Positions 1-7,982 of a DNA stretch of 24,359 bases are shown here, in pieces (the first letter of the stretch is position 1; every line of letters starts with the position of its first letter). Origin of the DNA: a virus (lineage: Duplodnaviria; Caudoviricetes). A program made the translations under genes and the position numbers. The notes under the pieces are model-generated. The model saw only the letters and a program-made list of their open reading frames with translations, was not told where the DNA came from and made no database searches. The stretch is from IMG/VR virus record IMGVR_UViG_3300047275_000862, positions 1 through 24,359 of that record; one strand, given 5' to 3'.

Positions 1-19
1 GTGCATATCTTACTTAAAC

Positions 20-28
20 TGCTAGTAT
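20..28 (+). promoter_or_regulatory. Extended -10 promoter (TGnTAGTAT) for the portal-like gene
   Basis: TGCTAGTAT 23 nt before ATG 52; the same ACTGCTA..AT context recurs at 3242 and 23574. Confidence 0.55.
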
Positions 29-51
29 TTAAGTAATAAGCAAAATAAATA

Positions 52-2298
52 ATGGCAGTCGACGCAAAAGCCAGGCTTCACGAAATCGTTGAGTCGTACT
101 TGGAAAAGGATTCCAATACGGTTGTAGATACTGGTGTCGTTGCGTCCCATCTTGCCCAGATGAAACTCTTTGGCATTCGCCAAGGGGTTGAGTTTTTTCC
201 GGGTCAAGACAACTTTGGTGCACAGCGCAAAGATTTTATCGACCGTGTAATCAAATACAATCAAATCGATATTCGGCTCGATTCGATCTGGGATTATTTT
301 CTGTGTGACGGAAAAGGTATTTTCTACATCAGGCCGACAAAACAAAACTATAGAATTTATTATTTCCGCGAGCACGAATACCGCAGTTACTACAACGTGG
401 ATGGTGAGCTGGAAGAGGTGGTGATCATCTACAGCTATAAGGTCCGCAAGGCCGGCAGCTCTTACGACGGAATCAATATTGTTAATACCACTGGCACATC
501 AATTACTGGTGAGCCTGGGTCCAAGCGATATATCCGTTTGTCTATCAAAGCAAACGAAATTGAAGAAACACATTCTGATGCAGAATTAAGTTTTGACATG
601 CCATCTGGCATGACCCCAGGGAAAAATAAAACGTTTAAAAATTCACTTGGCTTTATTCCTTGTGTTGAAATCTTTAACAACCCCAAAGGGTTTGCAAAAG
701 AAGGTGTTGGCGAATTTGACGCAGTAGCCAATCACATTGTGACGCATGATGATTTGGTCCGCACCATGCGTAAGAACGTTCAGTTCTTTGGCAATCCAAC
801 CCTTCTTTCTTCTCGGCCCAAAACCGACCTGATGGAAGCAGGTGGTGATTCTGTTGTACAACGTCCGTCTATTGCAGCGAACTCAGGATTTGCCGGCGCC
901 AATCCATTAAGCCGTTCCAGTTTTAAATCGGATCCAGTTTCTCGTGGGGTTGACGGTCAGATCCGTGTTCCACGTGTTATTGCAAACTTAGAGCCAAACG
1001 ATCGCGTTGGCTACATTGTGCCAGATGCTATTACTGGTGATCAAAACAATTTTGCTCGTCAATATCGGGAAGAAATTCGTACAGCTCTTGGTGGCGTTGA
1101 CGAACTTTCTATTTCTGCAGGTGTTACTGCAACTGAATACAAGTCTTTATTTGGTCGCGTTTCGGCAACGTCAAAGAAAAAAGCAAATGCAATTTACACT
1201 TACGGTATTTGCCGCTGTCTTGAATTAATTATTTATCAGGAAGAGCAGTTGTTCCGGATGTCTCTTGCTGCTGCAATGGGCATTGAGCGTCCCGTTGAGC
1301 CTTCTCCTAAAGCAAGCAGAGAAGAAAAAGATGCTTACAGGGAAGCTTTGTCTTTGTTTGAAGAGCAAGTTCAAGCAGCATTGAATGTTGCCATCGAACA
1401 ACAAAGTGTGCCTCCAGGTGTAACAGGCCTCATTCCAGATGGCGATGTTACTATGCTGTGGAGGTGGACAGGCCCCGTTTACGAGGACTCTACACAAGAC
1501 GTACTCAACAATTCAATTGTGGTACGTAACTTACAAGAATTAGGTGTTGATAGCATTGAAGCACTGAAATACCTCTTTCCGTCTAAGACGGATGAGGAAC
1601 GGGCCGAGATGTTATCTGGGTTCCCGTTCAGGATGGTGAGTGAACTACAGGGCGCTTTTGCTCAATTCTCTCGCCTGGTGGGTGGACTGATGCAGACCCC
1701 TCACCCGCAGTCACCAAACCTTCCGATGGCTGCCGATCCCAGGTTGGATTTAACTCCATATCTGTATCGAACATTAGAGGCTTTACAAAAGGAGATGAGT
1801 TATGCAGGACGCTACCGTCCAATCGATCCCACAGACGAGCCCGACTCCGGCAGTAGCGCCGAGCAGTTACGTGACTCCGTCTTACCAGCCGAGCCAAGCC
1901 CCGGTCTCGTACCAGGCAGCGCCGGCGAATTACCAGGTGGCAGTACCTCAGGCGGCCCAGGGTTACCAACCCTCGAGCCCTATTCAGTACGCCCCCCAAT
2001 CCCAACCGGAAGCTCAGAGCAATCCATGGGAGTCGGCGTTCAACAAGGTGGTGAACCTCCTGAGCGCACCAGTTCAATCCCCGTTCCAGGGTCAACCATC
2101 AACTCCGACGACGACTTACGCCCCGGCGAACTACGGTTTGACGAGCGCCCCAAGTACGCAACAATCGGTTCCGCAGACCTGGTCAACCAGCCAGGCTTAC
2201 TCGCCCAGCTCTTCCCCAACTTACTCGGAGAACCTGAGCCTGGAAAGCCAGCAGGTACTCGCAGCGTTCGGAAGCGAAGCGCCCGCAATTCTAAATAA
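52..2298 (+). CDS. Putative phage portal protein with a low-complexity C-terminal extension
   Basis: 748-aa ORF heading the head module; 'LGFIPCVEIFNNP..EGVGEFD..ANHI' resembles the G.IP.V...N......SD portal segment; synteny portal-scaffold-capsid. Confidence 0.7.
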   Translation: MAVDAKARLHEIVESYLEKDSNTVVDTGVVASHLAQMKLFGIRQGVEFFPGQDNFGAQRKDFIDRVIKYNQIDIRLDSIWDYFLCDGKGIFYIRPTKQNYRIYYFREHEYRSYYNVDGELEEVVIIYSYKVRKAGSSYDGINIVNTTGTSITGEPGSKRYIRLSIKANEIEETHSDAELSFDMPSGMTPGKNKTFKNSLGFIPCVEIFNNPKGFAKEGVGEFDAVANHIVTHDDLVRTMRKNVQFFGNPTLLSSRPKTDLMEAGGDSVVQRPSIAANSGFAGANPLSRSSFKSDPVSRGVDGQIRVPRVIANLEPNDRVGYIVPDAITGDQNNFARQYREEIRTALGGVDELSISAGVTATEYKSLFGRVSATSKKKANAIYTYGICRCLELIIYQEEQLFRMSLAAAMGIERPVEPSPKASREEKDAYREALSLFEEQVQAALNVAIEQQSVPPGVTGLIPDGDVTMLWRWTGPVYEDSTQDVLNNSIVVRNLQELGVDSIEALKYLFPSKTDEERAEMLSGFPFRMVSELQGAFAQFSRLVGGLMQTPHPQSPNLPMAADPRLDLTPYLYRTLEALQKEMSYAGRYRPIDPTDEPDSGSSAEQLRDSVLPAEPSPGLVPGSAGELPGGSTSGGPGLPTLEPYSVRPPIPTGSSEQSMGVGVQQGGEPPERTSSIPVPGSTINSDDDLRPGELRFDERPKYATIGSADLVNQPGLLAQLFPNLLGEPEPGKPAGTRSVRKRSARNSK

Positions 2299-2593
2299 TT
2301 ACGCGGTTCAGCTTGAGGGCCTGCTTGACAGTGCCGTTGCCTGGGGTCAGGAAATGACCGAGACTCTTCAAGGTTACGCTGAGTTTGCGACTGAATCGCA
2401 TCAGGAGAATCTTGCTTATAACGAAATTCTCACCAATCCTGATGTTTTAAGCGATTACACTCTTCGTTTCTTTGGTCCAGAAGGTCCATATCCCGTTCAC
2501 GAAGGTGAAGAGGATCTTGAGGCTTATGGCTATGAGACTGAAGAAGTTGATCCCAGCTCCTCCCGCCGTGGAGGCACCTCAGCAACCCGCTAA
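1802..2593 (+). CDS. Putative capsid scaffolding protein (P/Q/S/A-rich N-terminus, acidic helical core); C-terminus appears frameshifted
   Basis: AAGGAG 7 nt upstream of ATG 1802; lies between portal and capsid; protein-like composition is lost after EEVDP (2554). Confidence 0.65.
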   Translation: MQDATVQSIPQTSPTPAVAPSSYVTPSYQPSQAPVSYQAAPANYQVAVPQAAQGYQPSSPIQYAPQSQPEAQSNPWESAFNKVVNLLSAPVQSPFQGQPSTPTTTYAPANYGLTSAPSTQQSVPQTWSTSQAYSPSSSPTYSENLSLESQQVLAAFGSEAPAILNNYAVQLEGLLDSAVAWGQEMTETLQGYAEFATESHQENLAYNEILTNPDVLSDYTLRFFGPEGPYPVHEGEEDLEAYGYETEEVDPSSSRRGGTSATR

Positions 2594-2705
2594 TTTCTGG
2601 GGAACTTTTAACGACATGATGGCGCGTGATCCTCAGAATGCCTGGCGCGTTCTGAACCAGGCTCAGCCCAATGTTGTTTCTAACAAACTCTTTGTGATGG
2701 AGTGA
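2553..2705 (+). CDS. Probable true C-terminal segment of the scaffold protein in the +1 frame (PAPPAVEAPQQPANFWGTF...KLFVME)
   Basis: Frame-3 sequence continues the P/Q/A composition and ends 5 nt before the next ATG; no credible independent start. Confidence 0.55.
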   Translation, partial: PAPPAVEAPQQPANFWGTFNDMMARDPQNAWRVLNQAQPNVVSNKLFVME

Positions 2706-2710
2706 GGCAA

Positions 2711-3229
2711 ATGCAACCATTAGGACAACGTCGTCCTCTGCTTGCATACGGAGTCCCCGCCGCTGCCGGCCTGGCAGTCGGTGGGGCTCTTGCCGCACAG
2801 GGCGAAGATCCCGGTAGTGCTGCACTTGGCGGTATTGCCGCAGGTCTCGGTGCCCGTGGTGCTTTAGGGGCTGCACGACTTGCTGGTAAGTATGCCGGCC
2901 CTGCTCGTGCCGCTCTTGCATCTCAAGCCATTGAGGGACTTGGAGCAATTGGCGAGAAAGTTCCAGCTGGCAGCAAACGCCAAAAAGCAGTTCGTGGGGC
3001 CATGGGTCCTATTGCTGATGCCATTAATTTGGGTGTCAGTAAAGAAGCCGCTGCTGGCGTTGGTATTCCTCTCGCGGCTGGTGTTGCCGGCATGGGGGGT
3101 TTAGCAGCCGGTAGTCTAGCCGGAGCTGTAGGGATTCCCGGATTCCAGCAAGGCATGGATCCCGAAGCATATGGCTCAAACAACACGGATATGGCACGAA
3201 TGGCCATACCCACCCTGCAGTACATGTAA
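2711..3229 (+). CDS. Gly/Ala-rich hypothetical virion protein with glycine-zipper-like hydrophobic segments
   Basis: GAGG before ATG 2711 (ORF track starts at GTG 2702); repeated GxxxG/AxxxG motifs. Confidence 0.7.
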   Translation: MQPLGQRRPLLAYGVPAAAGLAVGGALAAQGEDPGSAALGGIAAGLGARGALGAARLAGKYAGPARAALASQAIEGLGAIGEKVPAGSKRQKAVRGAMGPIADAINLGVSKEAAAGVGIPLAAGVAGMGGLAAGSLAGAVGIPGFQQGMDPEAYGSNNTDMARMAIPTLQYM

Positions 3230-3241
3230 TAAATTACTAAC

Positions 3242-3250
3242 TGCTAAAAT
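3242..3250 (+). promoter_or_regulatory. Extended -10 promoter (TGCTAAAAT) for the major capsid operon
   Basis: Near-consensus TGnTAAAAT in an AT-rich intergenic region; GGAGG RBS at 3315-3319. Confidence 0.6.
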
Positions 3251-3329
3251 TTGTGTTAGATAAGACATAATAATGTCTGACTCTTTCACCCGATAAAAAA
3301 CTTCCTGCGACACTGGAGGATAGAACAAA

Positions 3330-4493
3330 GTGTTCATTGATAACGATTTTCCAAAGATTTTAGGTGCGGAACTTTATCGTCCCCACCCCGCTTATATTGC
3401 CGAGATGGCTGTGGAGCCCGTGGTTGTTCACGACTTCACTAGTCAACCCGGTCAAACTGTTCAATTAGATCGCTACAAGTTCTGGGGTACCCCTGGTACT
3501 AAGGACAGCCGTGAGCGTATTGCCGATCAAACCATCGGTACTGCTAACAGCCGTAACATCACCAAAGAGAAAGTTCTGGTGGTGCTTAAGGAATACACGG
3601 GTCCTGCAGATCCGGGCGATCCAACTCAGCCCAGCACTTTCAAAATTGCTCGCGAGACTTTAATCACGGCTCAGCGTCTGCTGCTGGACACGGGGAACCT
3701 TAACATGTTCCACCAGTCGATCGGCAGTCTGACTCTGCTTGACGACTATCGCCGCTGGCGCGACCGCGTCTTTATTGACGAGCTCGCCAAGGCAGAAGCA
3801 AATGGTGAAGCTTCCAGCACCCAAGGTGGTTACTACTTCCCTGGTGGCAAGCCTAAGGCTGCCAACGGCTCGGTTGCTTATACCGCCGCCGAGTATGCTG
3901 CTCAAGTGCAGCAGTTCCAGGTGCGTACCGACCTGCTGACCGTTGTTAAGGATCTCCGTAAGCGCAACGTGCCGACCTTCGCTGATGGTCTGTATCGTTG
4001 TATCTGCGATCCCACTTTCATGATGCACCTGCGTCGTGATCCAGACTTCCGTGAGATCGCTCGCTACAGCGGCAATGCTGGCCAAGGCCTGTACATGGGT
4101 AATCCCATGATGCCTAATAACGCCAGCTTCTACATGGGTCCACAAGCTGGTCAGGGTTACTTCCTGGCTGGTGAGCCTGTGATGCCGACTGGTGTTCAGT
4201 TTGAAGGTGTGAAGTTCTTCGAATCGACCAACTTCCCAACTAAAACTGTTAGCGCAAGCTTCACCGATACTCCTTCCTACAGCAACCAAGAAGTTGCCCA
4301 AGGTTACTTCTTTGGTCCTCAGGCAATCGGTGTTGGCATCGGCGGTCCTAACGCTCAGGTGCTCATCAATAACAACGATGACTTCAGCCGCTTTATCATC
4401 CTGATTTGGCAACTGTACGCTGGTTTTGAAATCCTGAACAAGGATTTTGTGACTACTGCGTTTAGCTTTGTCTCTGACGACGGCACTCTCTGA
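3330..4493 (+). CDS. Major capsid protein (probably HK97 fold)
   Basis: 387 aa, GTG start with GGAGG, strong codon bias, 'DFTSQPGQTVQL' E-loop-like start and 'FFGPQAIGVG..DDFSR..IW....GF' C-terminal pattern typical of capsids; synteny. Confidence 0.85.
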   Translation: MFIDNDFPKILGAELYRPHPAYIAEMAVEPVVVHDFTSQPGQTVQLDRYKFWGTPGTKDSRERIADQTIGTANSRNITKEKVLVVLKEYTGPADPGDPTQPSTFKIARETLITAQRLLLDTGNLNMFHQSIGSLTLLDDYRRWRDRVFIDELAKAEANGEASSTQGGYYFPGGKPKAANGSVAYTAAEYAAQVQQFQVRTDLLTVVKDLRKRNVPTFADGLYRCICDPTFMMHLRRDPDFREIARYSGNAGQGLYMGNPMMPNNASFYMGPQAGQGYFLAGEPVMPTGVQFEGVKFFESTNFPTKTVSASFTDTPSYSNQEVAQGYFFGPQAIGVGIGGPNAQVLINNNDDFSRFIILIWQLYAGFEILNKDFVTTAFSFVSDDGTL

Positions 4494-4525
4494 TAAAAAA
4501 ATAATCCAATTTAACGGAGAAATAA

Positions 4526-5332
4526 ATGTCTTATTTGTCTTCTAAAAAGATCTATCCAGGTAACTGGACTAATGCCCTGAACGGCTGGTACAAGAACATT
4601 GATACCAACGACAGCGGTAGCAATGATGCTTCTAAGGGCGGCCCCACTTCGGTGCTGGCCGTTCCTGGCTACCGCTACTTCCAGCAGCGTGGTTACGCTG
4701 TGGTGGAATGGGCTTCTGGTGATGCCGCTACTCGTGGCCAAACCCTGAACGTGATCGTTCCTTCGCCTTACCGCCAGGACGACACCCGTCCCGACATCAC
4801 CGGCATGGTGATCTCTGGCAGTGCCACCCAACCTGCTTTCGTGTATCGCGCTGCGATCTCGGTTGCTTCTGGTTGGGGTGATGGTCGCGTTGCCACTGGC
4901 GTGTACGCCTCTACTGGTAACGTGGTGACCTTTGGCCGCGATTCCAGTGGTCCTGTGGCTGTGACCGGCGTGGGCGAGCCTATCGCTCAAGCCAACCTGA
5001 CCTCCACTACCTCTGGTGATGCAAACGGCAAGATTGTGTTTGGTGCCGGTGCTCAGGCACTTGGCTCCACTCCTTTCCTGACCGCTACAGGTGCAGCTGG
5101 TCTTGGCGCTTCTGGTGTGTATAAGTCCCTGACTAATGCCACTACTTTCAAGGTGTTTGCCCGTGGTACTAACACTGACACCAGCGTGTCTGGTGGTGTG
5201 TATCTGGCCGATTCCGATGTGAATGCCGGCGTGAAAGGCTACTTCGTTGTCGAGGTTTGCTACATTCAACCCGACGATGCTCCTGGCTACGAAGATATCG
5301 AAGAGTATATTCTTGGCCGCACTGTTAGCTGA
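4526..5332 (+). CDS. Abundant virion structural protein (decoration or tail component), beta-rich
   Basis: GGAGA RBS, capsid-like codon bias, G/T/S/V-rich, directly after the capsid gene. Confidence 0.6.
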   Translation: MSYLSSKKIYPGNWTNALNGWYKNIDTNDSGSNDASKGGPTSVLAVPGYRYFQQRGYAVVEWASGDAATRGQTLNVIVPSPYRQDDTRPDITGMVISGSATQPAFVYRAAISVASGWGDGRVATGVYASTGNVVTFGRDSSGPVAVTGVGEPIAQANLTSTTSGDANGKIVFGAGAQALGSTPFLTATGAAGLGASGVYKSLTNATTFKVFARGTNTDTSVSGGVYLADSDVNAGVKGYFVVEVCYIQPDDAPGYEDIEEYILGRTVS

Positions 5333-5373
5333 TTAGGTTAAACTAAGACCAGAAATCAAAACATCTGGTCTTT

Positions 5374-5784
5374 ATGCTTTACCAGCATCGTAAAACAGGC
5401 GCTCGCGTCAAGGTTGTAAGTGAATGGGATAACGGCGATTGGTTCATGGTCGAAGATCAGGACGGTCGCCTTTATACCGCTTACAAAAATGAATTGACCC
5501 CTGACGAAGCTGCAACTAAAAAAGTTGCTACTCTTCAGGTTAAGGATAAGGCAGCCCAAGAAGAGCCTCGTACTTTCCCACCCGAAACACGTTTAAATAT
5601 TAATACCGCCACTCCTCAAATGATCGCGGATCATATTAAAGGAATCGGTATTAAGACAGCTCGAGAGATTAAAGATCTTCAGATGTCCTTATCGGGTGAA
5701 AAGTTTAATAGCCTTGAGCAGTTAAAACAGATTAAGCGTGTGGACTGGGATGCAGTTCTGGCAGCCGACTTAATCAGGGTTTAA
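5374..5784 (+). CDS. Helix-hairpin-helix (ComEA-like) DNA-binding protein with a small N-terminal beta domain
   Basis: 'RLNINTAT..MI..HIKGIGIKTA.EI...GEKFNSLEQLKQIK' matches the ComEA/HhH_3 pattern. Confidence 0.75.
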   Translation: MLYQHRKTGARVKVVSEWDNGDWFMVEDQDGRLYTAYKNELTPDEAATKKVATLQVKDKAAQEEPRTFPPETRLNINTATPQMIADHIKGIGIKTAREIKDLQMSLSGEKFNSLEQLKQIKRVDWDAVLAADLIRV

Positions 5785-5804
5785 TCCATTTACCACAGAT
5801 TAAG

Positions 5805-5828
5805 CCCCTGGGAAACCAGGGGTTTTTT
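5805..5828 (+). terminator. Rho-independent terminator
   Basis: CCCCTGG-GAAA-CCAGGGG followed by T6. Confidence 0.9.
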
Positions 5829-5854
5829 CGTCTTAAAATAAAAACAAAAAGATA

Positions 5855-6475
5855 ATGGCTGAAAGAACTATTGCCGATGTTGCTCGCGCCCTACAGAAGT
5901 ACGCGAAATTAGATATTGGCGAACATCCAGAATTTGGCGGTGTAGGCGGCGGTCATTCTCCAACGGGTTATCACCCTGTTGGTCAGGCGATTGATGTACG
6001 TGATTGGCGCCCAGACATTGCTCCTGCTTATGAAGGAGGAAAACCTAAGAGCTGGAAAGAACGCACTGGTGAGCTTCGCTGGCGAGCTAAACAGCTAGGT
6101 TTGTTTAACGAGGTCCTAGGCCCTGGTGATCCAGGTCACGATACTCATGTTCACCTGGCACTTGCAGGGAAAAAATCTATTACAGATCCACAGCTTGAAT
6201 GGCTTGCCACCGGACGCTATAAAACAGCAGAAGGTAAGCTCAGCGATATTATGCCCGGAGCAGATTTAATTGCTTCCGCTGAACAACAACAGAGTTCTTC
6301 AGGGGATGATTTATCAACTCTATTAACTTTACTTGAAGCAACAAAGCCAAAAGAAAAAACACTTAAAGAGTCAATTATGGAGCAAGCGCTGGCCGATGCT
6401 TTTGCTCCAAGGCAAAGCATGGCGCAGCAGCTACTCGCTCAATATATGAGTTCTTCCCCGCTTGATATTGGGTAA
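5855..6475 (+). CDS. Peptidase M15-like Zn peptidoglycan hydrolase domain protein
   Basis: H-x6-D (YHPVGQAID) plus a distal HxH (HDTHVHLA) zinc-binding pattern. Confidence 0.65.
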   Translation: MAERTIADVARALQKYAKLDIGEHPEFGGVGGGHSPTGYHPVGQAIDVRDWRPDIAPAYEGGKPKSWKERTGELRWRAKQLGLFNEVLGPGDPGHDTHVHLALAGKKSITDPQLEWLATGRYKTAEGKLSDIMPGADLIASAEQQQSSSGDDLSTLLTLLEATKPKEKTLKESIMEQALADAFAPRQSMAQQLLAQYMSSSPLDIG

Positions 6476-6514
6476 ATTGCTTACTTTATAATTAAACTAT
6501 AACGAAAGGTAGAC

Positions 6515-6976
6515 GTGCAGTTATCTGACTTTGACAAAAGTAGAGTTAGGTATCACCTGGGCTACTTTACCGTGTCTGTTCCGGCGGGTGACTATGCCCG
6601 TCTGGAAGAAGCAATGAATACCATTCCGGATTCATACTTCTACGACAAGGTTGTTATTCAGCTTGGTCGTTGCGATACGGCTGAAAAGAAAACAGAAGTT
6701 GCATCGACACCTTCTACGCGAATTGAAAGCATCCTCGGTGACGTGGATCGCACAATTCGCTCTACTAATGCCAAAGAGGCATTAAAGGTTTGGGATGAGA
6801 TTTATCTCTACGAAACCAACCGTCTTGCCGGCATTCTTTACGTTCCTAACTACAAAGATCCCTTCCAGGCTCGATATCGTTATGAACGCTCAGGTGCGGA
6901 ATTTATTCAAGCTTTACCTGGTCCTGCTGACACTGCAGTGGGCTCTCGTCTTTATCTTCATGAGGTTTGGCGCTAA
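6515..6976 (+). CDS. Hypothetical virion protein (possible head-tail adaptor)
   Basis: GTG start, helical 153 aa, 'DKSRVRYHLG' N-terminus reminiscent of connector proteins; TATAAT at 6487. Confidence 0.55.
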   Translation: MQLSDFDKSRVRYHLGYFTVSVPAGDYARLEEAMNTIPDSYFYDKVVIQLGRCDTAEKKTEVASTPSTRIESILGDVDRTIRSTNAKEALKVWDEIYLYETNRLAGILYVPNYKDPFQARYRYERSGAEFIQALPGPADTAVGSRLYLHEVWR

Positions 6977-6978
6977 TC

Positions 6979-7770
6979 ATGGCCATTGATATTTTTAAAG
7001 CGATTCAAGCTGCTGGTGTTCCATCTCCTGTATTTCAACGGCAGAAAGGTAAACCAAAATCCTTTATTGAGATGGCAGCCTCTGCTCCAATGGCAGCTTC
7101 TCCGCTGTTCAAATTCCCTGGACAGACCACAGATTATGCTGTACCAGTAACGGTGCCAGCAGCCCAGGCAGCTCCTGGGGCACCAGCTGCAGCAGAACGT
7201 GCCTACCAAAAGGAGAAGGCACGTGTTGCTCAGATGGCGGCACAAAACCCAGAGCTTAAACGTTACGAAGACGCTCGATTAAAAGCTGTCGCCCCCGGAG
7301 CTACACCTGAGCAAATTAAAGCCGCAGAAGATATTGGCATGCAGATCTGGGCTTCTAAACATGGTGGTCTTGCCAAGCAAGTTAAACCAGGTCAAGCTGG
7401 ATATGACGTGATTCAAAAAACTCTGTATCCAGGTGGCGCACCCCTGCCTGAGTTACCTGCGGAGTCGGTTGCAATGTTAAATGCTATTGCGCCGGCTGAT
7501 GCAACAGGCATTCGTCCTGACATCACACCAATGCCTGGCGCACTTCCAGTATTCTCAGATGCTTCAGACGCCATGTATCAGGCGGTAATGGGAGGTCCAA
7601 ACACTTTAGTTCCACCCGCGCCGCAGTTGCCCTCTCCTTCCGCAGCTTCCCCGCAGCAGATGGGAGGCATGTCATTCCAAGATGCTTCATTTGAAACTCC
7701 GGCAACTAAACGTCGTTCTGATTTATTCGCACAACTACTTTCCGGCATTCGTCAGTACGGCAATCAATAA
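6979..7770 (+). CDS. Hypothetical Ala/Pro-rich protein (possible internal virion protein)
   Basis: ATG 6979 two nt after the previous stop; 263 codons open. Confidence 0.7.
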   Translation: MAIDIFKAIQAAGVPSPVFQRQKGKPKSFIEMAASAPMAASPLFKFPGQTTDYAVPVTVPAAQAAPGAPAAAERAYQKEKARVAQMAAQNPELKRYEDARLKAVAPGATPEQIKAAEDIGMQIWASKHGGLAKQVKPGQAGYDVIQKTLYPGGAPLPELPAESVAMLNAIAPADATGIRPDITPMPGALPVFSDASDAMYQAVMGGPNTLVPPAPQLPSPSAASPQQMGGMSFQDASFETPATKRRSDLFAQLLSGIRQYGNQ

Positions 7771-7773
7771 TAA

Positions 7774-7838
7774 ACTGGCATTGCTCTGCATGTAAGCCCA
7801 GCCTGCTGGACACGAATCTTTGATTCATGGGGGCCAGT
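7774..7838 (+). ncRNA. Candidate structured RNA / cis-regulatory leader
   Basis: Closing stem ACTGGC/GCCAGT enclosing inverted repeats CCAGC/GCTGG and GAATC/GATTC. Confidence 0.35.
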
Positions 7839-7855
7839 GTTGTTGCTTTAAAACC

Positions 7856-7972
7856 ATGATTATCTGTCCCAAATTTGTTAAACAAACCCTGACTCATCTG
7901 GCAGTCGCACTTACTCTTCAAACAGTGTTTATTCCCGGTCTCAGGGCAAGTTCAAATTGGGTAGGAGCATAA
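7856..7972 (+). CDS. 38-aa hydrophobic peptide ([38 protein letters not shown]), not in the ORF track
   Basis: ATG...TAA fills the gap before the SLT gene; basic N-terminus plus hydrophobic core. Confidence 0.45.
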   Translation: MIICPKFVKQTLTHLAVALTLQTVFIPGLRASSNWVGA

Positions 7973-7982
7973 GCAGAAACCA

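Noticed and set aside
2472-2552. Independent start for ORF 2472-2705
   Set aside because: TTG start without RBS; the N-terminal part is an off-frame reading of the scaffold, and only the part after 2553 looks real.
3660-5269. Long antisense ORFs 3660-4412 and 4511-5269
   Set aside because: In-register shadows of strongly codon-biased structural genes; no motifs or RBS.
5374-5784. Call as photosystem II PsbU
   Set aside because: Shares the HhH-like fold but has no signal peptide and has the ComEA-type KGIG hairpin.
7774-7838. tRNA or self-cleaving ribozyme
   Set aside because: No TTCRA T-loop, D-loop pattern or hammerhead core (CTGATGA/GAAA).
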